64,000 nt of DNA from NCBI GenBank assembly GCA_951406725.2, contig OX597838.1, positions 3,410,001 through 3,474,000 on the forward strand, in the 5' to 3' direction. Position numbers and translations under genes: made by a program. The notes under the pieces are model-generated. The model was given only the letters and a program-made list of their open reading frames with translations. It was not told the origin of the DNA and did no database searches. Source of the stretch: Octopus vulgaris. Its lineage: Eukaryota. Positions within the stretch are counted from its first letter, which is position 1, and each line of letters begins with the position of its first letter. Shown piece after piece: positions 28,045 to 39,807 of the stretch.

Positions 28045-29200
28045 TTTCTCTCGCATGTTCTTTCGTCAATGTCATATATCCATTCCTAGCTGAGAAATTT
28101 GGCTTGTACTGTTTGAAGTGAATGTGTGTGTGTGAGTGAGAGAGTGAGAGACCCAGAGTGAGAGACAGTTGGTTGGTCTGTGCGAATGTGCCAATGAGTA
28201 AGTGTGTGTGCGTGTATATGTGTGTATGTGTGTGTGTGTGTACGGCGAACGACGACGTCTGTGTGTCTGTGCTCTGCTGTCTCATATGTGGTGCTAGCCG
28301 TGCTGCTGATGCTGATGCTGCTGCTAGTGTTGGTGCTAAATGGTAATGGTTCTTATTGCTGGCCTGGCTCTGTTGACTCTGTTTCTGTACGAATACGCGG
28401 CTGCCTGGCTCTGCGTGAGTGTGAGTGAGAGGGAACGAGAGTGTGAAGTAACGAGGCTGCGAGTGGCGGTGGCGGCGGCGGTGAGTGACTGTTGCTGCAT
28501 ACGTGTGCGCGGCTACTTAGCCAAGTGTAGGTGAAAGTGTTAAAGGGAAAACCAGAGGAAAAAGAAGGTGCACCACGTATGGTGATTACCTTTACGTTTA
28601 TTTACGGACGATGTTGCGAATTGTCGGTCAGTGTACGACTGTTGCTGTATACGTGAGTGCGGCTGCCTAGTTGAGTATGAGTGAAGACTGAAACCGACAG
28701 ACAGACAGACATGTCTGTTTATATATTTCTATGGCGGCGTAGCTGTTGCTGTGTACGTGTGCGCGGCTACCTCGCTGAGTATGAGTGAAGGTAATAAATA
28801 GACATTTTAACAGAAATATAGACATTTATTTCATGTGTATACATATGTCTACACGTGATCATAGGGATGGTGATAGCTTTATATGTCCGGGGATGTGTAC
28901 GTGTGTGCGGCTACTTAACTCTGTAGATAAGTGCTGGTGAGTGAGGCTGTAGTGTGCCTTCTTCGTTTAGTTCTGTGTGAGTTTTGTCTGTGTCTTCCTT
29001 ACAATGTCTTTATGTGTGATGTCTGTGCGTGAGTAACGGTGAGAGGGAAACGTGTGCGTGTGTGTGTGACTATGCGATGGTTGTTCTTACCGAAGATGTA
29101 TGTGTGTGTGTGTGTGTGTGTGCTCGCGTGTAGTTATCAGGTTGAGTGAGAGTTATTAAAAGACACAGGTTTGTGTGTGCGCGCGCGCGGCTGCTTAGCT
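28045..29200 (-). promoter_or_regulatory. Putative PTEN 5' leader / promoter
   Basis: Relatively CpG-rich, SINE-free stretch directly upstream of the PTEN ATG, containing several uATGs and a spaced repeat motif. The TSS cannot be located from sequence alone. Confidence 0.55.
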
Positions 29201-29204
29201 GAAT

Positions 29205-30190
29205 GCAAGAGAGAGAGATAAGGTAAAAGAATAAAGGGAGGAGGAGGAGAAAGCGGACATAAAGTGAATGATTTGCGTAGAGAGAGAGGGAGGGAGAGAG
29301 AATGCGTTGAAAGAGAAGGGTTGGAGTGGAGCTAAGGGTAGGAGGAGTGGTGGGAGGAAAAGTGCAAAATTAACGAGAAGGAATGAGAGGGTGGGAGTGT
29401 ATGAGTAAAAGAAAGAAACGGTGAATGGATGAAGGACATAAGAGTGGATGACTGGACTGACACAGTTAGAGAAGAGGGGAAGAGAGAGTAATGATCACAA
29501 AGTGCAAGACTGAGCGGAAATGAGAGTAAAGTGAAGGAGAAGAGATAGAGAGAAAGAGAGAGAGAGAGAGAGAGAGTGTGTGTGAGAGGTGATTACAGTG
29601 TGGAGGGCTGAGAGGGTGAGTGGAAGAAAGAAAGAGTAAGTAGAGTGAGAGGGGGGGAATATAAAGTGGAGAGGTGACAGAATGAGAGAAGAGTGTAATG
29701 GGCGACACAAGTGGCGGACATAAAGTGGATGGCTGGCAGTGAAGAACTAAGAGTATGAAAGGAAAGAGAGAGGGTAGGAGAAACGGACAGAGAAAGTGAG
29801 GTGAAGAAGAGAATGAGAGGCGGACATAAAATGAGTGACTGACAGTGAGAGAGAGAAGGAGAAATAAGGGTTTTTGTGGGGAGAGATAGAGAGAAGGAGA
29901 GAAAAGTGTGGTGACCAACAGAATTGGTAGGAAGTGAGAAGAGAACAGAAAAGTTAGTGATAAACAGAGTAAAAAAAGGAAGTTGATGTAGAGGAGAACG
30001 AAGGAGAGAGAGAGAGAGCCGGACATAAACTGAATCAGTTTGTACGAAAGATAGAGAGAAAATAATAATGAGAACAGGAGGAAGTAGAATATGGGAAAGA
30101 GAGAGAATGTAAGACAAGAACGGATATAGAACGTCAGGGAGAGAGAGAGAGAGAGAAAGAGAGAGCAAGTGGAGGAAGTGTTAGAGTGGA
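29205..30190. repeat. Roughly 1-kb purine-rich (GA) low-complexity tract upstream of PTEN
   Basis: Strong purine/pyrimidine strand asymmetry with (GA)n runs. Confidence 0.85.
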
Positions 30191-33027
30191 GATGACGGAC
30201 AGACTGTTGCAGTACTTGGCTGCAATGCTTGTAGCTATAATACTTGCAGCGAGTGAATGTAATTTGGATGTCTTTCTCTTTTTGTTTTTAATTCTTTTTT
30301 GGAACCAGTGTCGAGTAAAACAGTTTAAAAAAATTATCTACGATATAATACAGTATAGATATATATATATAATTATATTGTTTCTCTCTTCCATCCGAGA
30401 GAACGACATTCCACAGTTGTTGGCGCCACTCGAAGGAACCACTTTCTAATGAGGACGAGCAGTAGAGTTGGATGCCTTCCACGCACAGTCGCTCGACCTG
30501 CTAGAAATAGCAACTAAATTTTATAAATTCACATTTAACCGCCTTAAACAAATAACGGGCACTGTGGACAATAAAGACCCAGATATTTAACTCTTTTACT
30601 TGTTTTAATCATTGGACTGCCGACTTGCTGGGGCATCGTTTTGAAAGATAAGTCGAACAAATCTACTCCAGTGCTCGTTTTAAGTCTAGTACTTAGTCTA
30701 TCGGTGCCTTTGCCGAATCGCTAAGTTATATGGGTGTAAACAAACCATTACCGGTTGTCAAGTGGTATGAGGACAAATAAAAATACGAAAGCATAAACCC
30801 ACGGACACATACACATACACGACGGGCTTCCATACAGTTTCCATCTATCAGATTCACTCACAAAGCATTGGTCGGTCGAGGACTATAGTTGGAGACACCT
30901 GCACAAATTGTGAGTCCCGCGCAGTGGGAGTGAACCCGAAACCATTTGGTTGCGAAGCGCACTTTTTGACCATGCAACCATGTTAGTGCCTAGAGAGAGG
31001 GGGGAGCGGGGGAGAGAGAGGGGGGATGGGTGCCGACAGAACGCCTGTTGTAGATCTGCTACATCAGGGCTGACCTAAGGCAAAATAATACTTATGTTGG
31101 AATACGGGCGCCGGATTTTGGCATAAGCTATACCATAACTTTAGGGTTTTGTAATTTGCTGAACCCTCTTTATAGCTAAAAGGCATATTTTCAGTTTTTG
31201 TGAGACCTTCTGACTTGTGGTTTCTAGCAAAGGACCTGCAAATTCTGTATAACTTTCAGCCTCATCTTTTCTAACCCCGACACTTTAGGCCACCGCTCAG
31301 ACGGACGACCTGTAGTATGTAACTAAAAATTCCCTCAAATACGCTTTCTGTTATATAGGTGCAAACATGACTTTAGGTGCAGATGTGTTAAGTCTTCTGT
31401 TGTAGCCCCGAGCCGACAAAAGCCTTGTGAGTGGATTTGTAACTTAGTTTGGCAGAAGTGACCAACAGCATAAGTACCTGGCTTTAAAAATATTCACCAG
31501 GATCGACTCATTCAACTAAAAACCCTAGAAGTACCCCAGTATGGCCGCAGTCCAATGACTGAAACGACAAATAGATTTAAAAAAAGTAAGATTTAAAAAA
31601 GATTTAAAAAAAGGAAAATTAAAAAGAGATTAAAATAAAGGAAGATTGACCAATGTTTGTAAGCAAACTTGACTGAGTGGAAACTATGCTGAAGCTTGCT
31701 GTGTATGTATGTGTGTTTGTGTGTGAGTCCGGTGTAAGTTTGTGCGCGCGAAAGTGTGTGCATCGACGCTTTGTGCTTAAATTTAAATCGAAAACGACGT
31801 AACTCGAGAAGACGTAAGTTGAGGTATGCCTGTACAAATTTTGATCAAAGTTACAATTCTGAGCAGCCCCGCCTCCCCCACTTTACTATCCCTGAGTGCT
31901 TCGAAAAAAACTTCCATGAGAACTTTTTAATTTTTTTAGTTAAACAAAGGTATAGTTCGTGGGGTTAAGAATTTCGCTTTGCAACCACGTGGTTTCATGT
32001 TCAGTCCCTCTGCACCACACCTTGGGCAATTGCTTTCTACTAAAGCATCAGACCTACCAATGCCCTGTCAGTGCATTGGGCCCCTGTTTGGTCACGTAAT
32101 AAATAGAGAAAAGTATCTGTCTGGCGCGTCACTTCAGCATGCCACACTCTCGTTCTCGCTAACCTCAGCAACTGACCATGACAATGGTGCCAGACACATT
32201 TCACTTCTGAGAAACCTTCAAGGCATTTCACACGCCATAATCCGGCAGGAAGATCTTCCATATCATGGATTGGGAATACACTCGCTCGTTCACCTGAGCT
32301 CGTTTTACTGTGAATTTTGTTATGTGCACCTGCACTCGTGTATACGCTCTCACGTGCATGCACGCGCTAACTCGTTTTCCGCATTGCCCAGTCATTGACC
32401 GCACACTTTGGCACGCAAAGCGACACCGATATTCGGACCTACCCGAATAGAAATCTCTCCTGTATACGCTTCAATGATCCTCTCTCCTGATATGCAAAAT
32501 CTTTCCTCAGCCATGCATTTCTTACTCTTCCTCGATCGTTCGTTTCCTTTTCTCGGAACCCCTCTAGATGGGGAATGATGCAGTAGCTTCACGCAGGCAT
32601 AGCGTGGATTCGATCATCGATCGCCAAATTTCACTTAACAGTTCAACAGCACTTTTCTCACCGTAAAACAATAGTTTTTCTGTGAGTGACAGCAATTACA
32701 TTTGCCAGATACCATCGCTAAGCAGAATAATGTCTTTGCCACTTGACCCTTCTAACCTCTTCTGGGCCACCAAAAGCTAGAACAGAAATAACAGACCGCC
32801 AACGAAATCTATTGTTTTTCAACAATATGTCTATCTTTCTAACTTGTTTTGGATAGTTATAAATACTAGAATTTGGCAAGGTAAAATTATTTAGTGAACG
32901 GACAAGAGTCATAGTCAAAGGCAGGCAGCCACTTGAGCCGAAACGGCCAGAGAGAGAAAGAAGGTTACAACCAGCCAACTATGAAACACAACTTCGCTCG
33001 ACTCTATAACTTTCACTTTCTCTTCTC

Positions 33028-33275
33028 TGTAACATCATCTCTATTTATATACTACTATGAGATCCTGTACACACATACCGGCCGAAATTAACTCTTTTTA
33101 CCTTGCATGCTTTTCCATTTACTAATTATACATACCAACCCGTCGTGGTTTTGGATATATACGAAGTAACGTTAAATAAATATTTCTTTACAACCTCGAT
33201 CACTATTCCTCTTCCATCCTGCATACTGGCAACGAACACCTTAACGACAACCGTTACAAATTGGTGACCCTCGAC
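33028..33275 (+). mobile_element. LTR 3' portion plus tRNA-Trp primer binding site of an LTR retrotransposon (LTR may extend to about 32100)
   Basis: AATAAA near 33175 and LTR end ...CCGTTACA at 33258, then a 3-nt spacer and TGGTGACCC(T)CGAC, complementary to the 3' end of eukaryotic tRNA-Trp (...GTCGGGGTCACCA). TGTAAC at 33028 is a possible 5' end. The internal region is cut off by a mariner relic. Confidence 0.65.
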
Positions 33276-33333
33276 CATCACGACGAACTACAACCGTTCC
33301 AGATGGAAACTGTATGGAAAACCGTCGGATCTA

Positions 33334-33512
33334 CGAGGAGGTACCAAAAGGTTCCCGGACTAGTTATGTTCAATAAAAAAAAATTAACTTATTTACCAAA
33401 GTTTTGACATTCTCTCCTTCGAAATAGTCACCTTGCACAACAATACTCCGGTCCCTGCCTTCCTGCTGCCTTTGGAATCAAACCTGGAAGTCGTTTTCCG
33501 TAAGCGAGTCGA
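33334..33512 (-). mobile_element. Mariner 3'-end relic
   Basis: TIR-like CGAGGAGGTACCAAAAGGTTCCCGGAC after TA. The minus strand encodes ...LTENDFQV*FQRQQEGRDRSIVVQGDYFEG, the mariner C-terminal GDYFE motif. Confidence 0.75.
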
Positions 33513-33883
33513 GTGCCATCCTTGCTACATTCACATGGGTGAATGTAGCAAGGATGGCACGTGTGACGTGTAGCAAGGATGACACGTGCCATCCTTGCTA
33601 CATTCACCCATGTGAATGTAGCAAGGATGGCACGTGTGAATGACGGAATAAAAAAGAAAACAACGGAAAAAATGAATGACAGATTTGGTTTTCGTAGCTG
33701 ACGAGGAGAAGCGACGCCGAAACGAATACGTCCTACGATCCAATGATGTTATTCACAGACCCCCTCCCCCGCAATGCGTTTTCACACATCTCTGGGTGGA
33801 GATTTTTCTCTCAGAACTATTTCCGCAGCGAAAGGCCTTATCACGTCCGAATGCATTCGAACGGGTTAAATACGACTTCCATA

Positions 33884-33931
<48 letters not shown>

Positions 33932-34320
33932 TGTGTGTGTGTGTGTGTTTGTGTGCGTGCGCGTGGGCGCCTGCATGTCCATGTACCTGTGCGTGTAATG
34001 GCTCACTCTAAGGAGAAATGAAAGAAATGCAGTACTTTTTGAAAGATCTCCAAGATTTGTCAAAGAAATCGAGTTATTTTCAGCTTGAAAACCAGGTCCG
34101 AATGCTTGAAATAGATTTTATTTTATACAATTAAAGACACTCGATAACCAATCGGTGGTTCGAAACTGGGCGACGGATTATGTTTAACGCCTAGGAACTG
34201 GTACAGGCGATTCGATGATATTCCACACAATTTCTATTTATTGAGTTTTACCCAGGTGGCTTTGGACAAGCCAAGGCCATGGTAAAAGGTATATGCTGTA
34301 CATCAGAAGTGAAACCGGAT

Positions 34321-34480
34321 CGTATGAGGAAAGACTTCCTTTTGTGCCCCCCACCTCCACTATAAAGTTTTTACGACTTTCTCATCATTATTATTGGTTG
34401 AAAATCAATTTCCCACCATGTTTAATATTAAAGAGAAAAAATTAATGGCAGGGGTACAAAAGGAAGTTTTTCCTCATATG
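34321..34480. mobile_element. 160-bp MITE-like foldback element
   Basis: 30-bp TIRs CGTATGAGGAAAGACTTCCTTTTGTGCCCC / GGGGTACAAAAGGAAGTTTTTCCTCATATG. Confidence 0.7.
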
Positions 34481-34777
34481 ATAGTGAAATGAACTCGTTA
34501 ATCATGCGATCACCCTAGCGAATCATGGACAAACTGCGGCCCGCGTGACTTTCTGATTGGTGTGCACGCCTAATGAAATATTACCTTGAATTTTTTTTAT
34601 AGTGCAGCCTGCCTAATGATGAGTCATATCCCGTATGGCCCGCTTCTTGAAAAAGATTATCTAAGCCTAGTTTAAACAAAGTGATTCTAACGCGGCGTTC
34701 CTCCATATTCAGTGACTGTCAGAACAAAAGCAGTTGAACTTACCTAATATTGCCAATCTTGTCAAGCTGGACAAGTG

Positions 34778-34849
34778 GCCGTGATCGTCTAGTGGTTAGG
34801 ACCCCACGTTGTGGCCGTGGTAACCCAGGTTCGAATCCTGGTCACGGCA
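34778..34849 (+). tRNA. tRNA-His (GTG)
   Basis: GCCGTGATCGTCTAGTGGTTAGGACCCCACGTTGTGGCCGTGGTAACCCAGGTTCGAATCCTGGTCACGGCA. Acceptor stem GCCGTGA/TCACGGC, anticodon loop TTGTGGC, T-arm CCAGG-TTCGAAT-CCTGG and A/B boxes are all intact. Confidence 0.96.
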
Positions 34850-34864
34850 GTGTAATTCCAGCTA

Positions 34865-34870
34865 TTTTTT
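34865..34870 (+). terminator. Pol III terminator of tRNA-His
   Basis: T6 run 15 nt after the discriminator base. Confidence 0.75.
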
Positions 34871-36213
34871 CTTTTCTAGTTAATTCAGATATTCTTCGGT
34901 CTAAGCACAGAATCCTTTCTCACGGCAGTACAAGGCGATTTTGTTATAAGTTAATTCTAGATATCTTTCGGTTTCAGGTTCGAATCCTGATCGCGTCATT
35001 GCAACTTAATTTAAATTTTTGATTTAGATTAATTCTAGATATCTTTTGGAAACAGGCTCGAATCCAAGCCACATCAGTCCAATTTAATTTTATTTGAATT
35101 CAGTAATCGTTTGGAAACAGGTTCGAATCCTAGCTACATCAGTCCAATTTAATTTTACTTGAATCCAGTTATCCTTTGACCTCTCTTTTGGGAGATTAAG
35201 CACTCAGAGATCAGCCCTCAACTCAAGTCCCCACAGGGACTAGATGTCCTAAATGGCACGACTAACGAAAAATTTACCTTGAATTTAAAAGATGGACAAT
35301 CCGAATCTGCAGTTTCTGTTTATAATTTCAAAATTAATTTCCAGACAAAAATGTGTGTGATTTAAGAGAAACTTAGCTGCTGTTTCTAGCACATCTCACG
35401 TCCCGTCTAACGATAAGCCATGTCTTATGCTTGCTCTATGATCAATGACGTTCCATCAGTAATATTGCCGCCATTTTTTCTTTTTTTTGTTTCCTTTTCC
35501 TTTTTGTCTTTGTTTTTGCTTTTTGTCTTTGTTTTTTGGGTTTTTTTTCAAATAGAATGCATACTGGATTATTGCATTACTTTATCCAATGTGTCCTTCC
35601 TTTCATAAGACGGTAGGATTAAGAGTTATTATCTGGCCGACTGCTAGCTGTGATAATCTGGTCTTTGTCAATGTACAACCGAATAGTTTTATTCATAATT
35701 TGGATTAAGTATCGATCGCACGTGTACTGTTCTTCTCTTTTACTTGACTGCGGCCATGCTGGAACACCGCCTTTAGTCGAAGAAATCGACCCCAGAACTT
35801 CTCTGTTACTCTTTTACCTGTATCAGTCATTTTACTTCAGCCATGCTGGAGCACCGCCTTTTAGTCGAAGAAATCGACTAAAAGTACAAAGGACTTATTC
35901 TTTGTATGCTTGGTACTGATTCTATCAGTCTTTTTTGCCGAGCCGCTAAGTTATAGGGAAGTAAACATATCGACATCGGTTGTCAAGCGACGGTGGGCAG
36001 ACACAAAGACACACACATAAATATATCACGTGACCGACCAGGCTATCAGATGTTGCTACACATCGCTGATCACAATGCGCTTCGCACTGTTTTAGCCTTC
36101 AAATGACCCCACCCCGCTGGCTAAGCGAGCAGGCCAACATAAATATATACATACATACATACACACACACACACTCACACACACACATACATACATACAT
36201 ACATACACATATA

Positions 36214-36593
36214 CACTTGCGTCAGAAATTAATTAGCATTTCTCAAATTTCTACATTAAATAGGTTAAATCAATTAACCTATGAGCTGTTCAAAACGTCT
36301 TACGCGATGAGAAAACTTAGTATGGTGTGATTTCGGTCCTTGCGAGGCGCTACCTATATCTATTAAACAAAGGAAGATTTGTCTGCATCCGCACTCCAAG
36401 TTGTTGTTGCACTGCTATGTCAACATCATAAGGCTGTAGACTCTCAAACTGCTCTGCAAACAAAGTTACGTCATCGTTCTGCGCAACAGTGAACTCGCAA
36501 CAAAGCAATAGTTCGAGATATGGCCACTAGGTGACAGCACATACCTTGAGTGAAGAGCAAATCAAAGGTGCTAATTAATTTCTGACGGTAGTG
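36214..36593. mobile_element. Tc1/mariner-type MITE nested in a SINE
   Basis: 25-bp TIRs CACTTGCGTCAGAAATTAATTAGCA / TGCTAATTAATTTCTGACGGTAGTG, with TA on both sides. Confidence 0.85.
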
Positions 36594-36885
36594 TATATAT
36601 ATACGATGGGCTTCTTTCAGTTTCTCTCTACCAAATCCACTCACAAGGTTTGGGGCGGCCCGAAGCTATAGTAGAAGAAGACACTTGCCCAAAGTGCCAC
36701 GCAGTGGGACTGAACCCGCAGCCATATGGTTGGGAAACAAGCTTCTTACCACACAACCACTCCTATTGATTTATTTTTTAAACCCAATACTTATTCTATC
36801 GATCTTTCCATTGACGAACCACTAAGGTTATGTGGACGTAAATATTTCAAGCAAGTGGGGAGGCAAATGCAGACACGCACACGCG

Positions 36886-37679
36886 TGCCGTTTTAACATT
36901 ATTATAAGTTCCCGGGGTAACTAGTGCATTGGGTCCAGTAATATTTGTTTAATGGTAACAAGGCTTGGCATAAAAAGTTTCTTCTCGAGTGATATTGACT
37001 GAGAAGCCGGTGTTTCATTTAATTTAGTGTTTATATTCACCCTGAACAAAAAATCCATCGTAGGATTACTTCATTTTTACCGTAGCGTATACTCGAGAGA
37101 AAGTCCTCTCCCCCCTTATATAAACATACGTAGGTTGTCACATACTGACATCACCTTTGGCCGCTATTTGGACCCCGTTGTGTCCATCACTCTGATTGGT
37201 TGGTATTAGTGCAATTTACCTTTTACTCTCTCTCTCGCCAATCTGCAGGATATAACCAATCGAAGCTTCCAAATAAATCACGTGAGACAGTCTGTTCTCA
37301 ACCCCAGTTTGAGCCTACTGTTATCAATAAAAATTCAACTTCTCCTCGTCTCAACGTCTTTGGTTTCAGATATTCTAAGGTCTAGCCTCTGACCACACGA
37401 TGCAGCCAGTTCCAGCGACAGTGCCAGACAACACCCGTCCAACAGCATTCCAGGGACCTCCATCTTCGCCGCCGTCATCATGTCTCTCACCAACGTCGTC
37501 AACAACATCTCTACGTACACAATACCAGCAACACCGCACAGGTTCTCACATAACGCTGTTCGCGAATTATTCACCATGGTTAACAACAAACATAAAACCC
37601 ACACAGAGGCCTGTAAATATATCAATAAATCTTTCATAACTATTCTACAATGTTGTGTCTCTCTCTTTTCCAATTGGCA
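36886..37679 (+). mobile_element. Putative solo LTR
   Basis: About 790 bp of unique-looking sequence bounded by TGCC...GGCA, with a TATA-like site near 37250 and AATAAA at 37624, inserted into a SINE microsatellite. No clear TSD. Confidence 0.4.
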
Positions 37680-38174
37680 TATTATATATATATATCATTT
37701 TAGCCTTCTGATAGGAGTCGTTATTAGATGGTCACACTAAACACCACCTTGACCGTCTATATTACCAACTGAATGGACGGGAGCAATGTGAAATGAAGTG
37801 TTTTGCTCAAGAACAGAACCCATCGCCCGGTTCAGGAATCGAAACCACAATCTTATGATTGAGTGTCCAACACTCTAACCACTAAACCACAGCATACACG
37901 GATCAGAATTGAACCCCTGGACCAAGGTTTCTCAACCATTTAAAAAAAATCTATGAACCCTTTGATTACTATTTTATTTGGTAGACGGAAACTGAAAGAA
38001 GCCCGTCGTATATAGAATAAGTAGATAGAATAAGTACTAGGCTTACAAAGAATAAGTCCTGGGATCGATTAGTTCGAGTAAAGGCAGTGGTCCAGCATGG
38101 TCGCAGTCAAATGGCTGAAACAAGTAATAGAATAAAAAGAATAAAAAGAATATATATATATATATATATATATT

Positions 38175-38246
<72 letters not shown>

Positions 38247-39161
38247 TAGAGGATATGTTAACCCTATGAAGGGAAGAGAAGAGAGAGAGAAAGAGATCGA
38301 TTGGGGTGGAGAGAGAGAATATGGGAAAGTGGCGGGAGACCGATTGGTTGACAAACACCAAGTGTTTCGTCTTTAATGTTTTACTTACTTATTTTAGTCA
38401 TTGGATAGCGGCCATGCTGCAGTACCGCGTTGAAGGGCTCAGTCGAAGAAATCGAGTCCAGAGCTTACTATTTTTTTTAAAGCCTGGTACATAGTCTATC
38501 GATGCCGAACAGCTAAGTTACGAGGACGTAAACAAACCAACATCGGTTGTCAAGCTGTGTGTGTGTGTGTGGGGGGTATAAATACAAACGCAAAGACACG
38601 CACACACACATACACTCATTACATATATACGGCGGGCTTCTTTCAGTTTCCGCATAGAAAGTTTTGTTCGACTCAAAGCAATAACAGGAAACGCTTTGCC
38701 AAGGTGTCGCAGCCATGCTGCGGGACCGAACACGGAACCGCGTGGTTGGGAAGCGAACCTCTTACCACGCAGCCACGCCTATTGTAGATAAAAAAAAAAT
38801 GGGAATGTAACAGAGAGGGAGTTTAAAAAGCAGATAACAGCAAATAATAGACAAAGTGGTAGTTTATAGTTGGTTGGAATGTAGCCTGGAGGAGGAAGTA
38901 ACACACACACACACACACACACAGATGCACACACACAATTTACACGCTCACATATCACACATACATGCCTATAGTTACACACACACACACACACACTTCT
39001 AGAGGAAGATAGAGAGTTGGTGAATAGACGGAGTGAAAGATAGGAGTGTTATAAAGGCGGTGTGGAGTAGATATGAAGATAGATATACGGTGCGGTGTGT
39101 TGTGCAAGAAGAACAAGCTGGAAAGTTAGATGGAAGTCAAATAGAGAAAGAAGCCCTACAT

Positions 39162-39206
<45 letters not shown>

Positions 39207-39760
39207 CATACATGCATACATGCATACACAAACACTCTCTCTCTCTCTCTCTCTGTATGTATGTATGTATGTGTGTATGGTATGTATGCAAGTGTGCGCG
39301 CGTGCGGTGCGTGTGTGCGCGTGCGAGACTTCTACTCTCTCCTTTTTGTATATTAGGAAAGAAGATAAAACGAGAGGAAGTGATAGATAGAGAACAGTGT
39401 AATGCAGAGAGATAGAGATAGATAGAGAGACAGAGAGAGAGAAACAAAAAACAAAAAACGAAAAACACAGAAATAAAAACCAAAAAATGAACAGTAAAAG
39501 TATTAAATGGAGAAGAGAGCTGCAGGCCAGGCAAGTCTTTTAAGTAGGTTAAGGCAAGGAAAAAAAACAACATATATATATAAAGTAAAATAACAAAGAA
39601 AGCCTAAAAAGAAGACAAACTGCATACAACTAGGCCATACAGTCACCCGCTTCCTCAGCCTATATATATACACACACACATATATACACATATACATACA
39701 CATACACACGCGCATGAATATCTGCACCTATATATATGTATACATACATATGTACTTGTA

Positions 39761-39807
<47 letters not shown>

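Noticed and set aside
28045-28516. PTEN-Long-like N-terminal extension (Arg- and Ala-rich open frame)
   Set aside because: The long frame is not the PTEN frame, and two in-frame TGA codons (28072-28074 and 28066-28068) block any extension beyond MREK.
28379-29205. CRISPR array interpretation of the spaced repeats
   Set aside because: The context is eukaryotic, the repeats are degenerate, the spacing is irregular (104-280 bp) and there are no cas genes.
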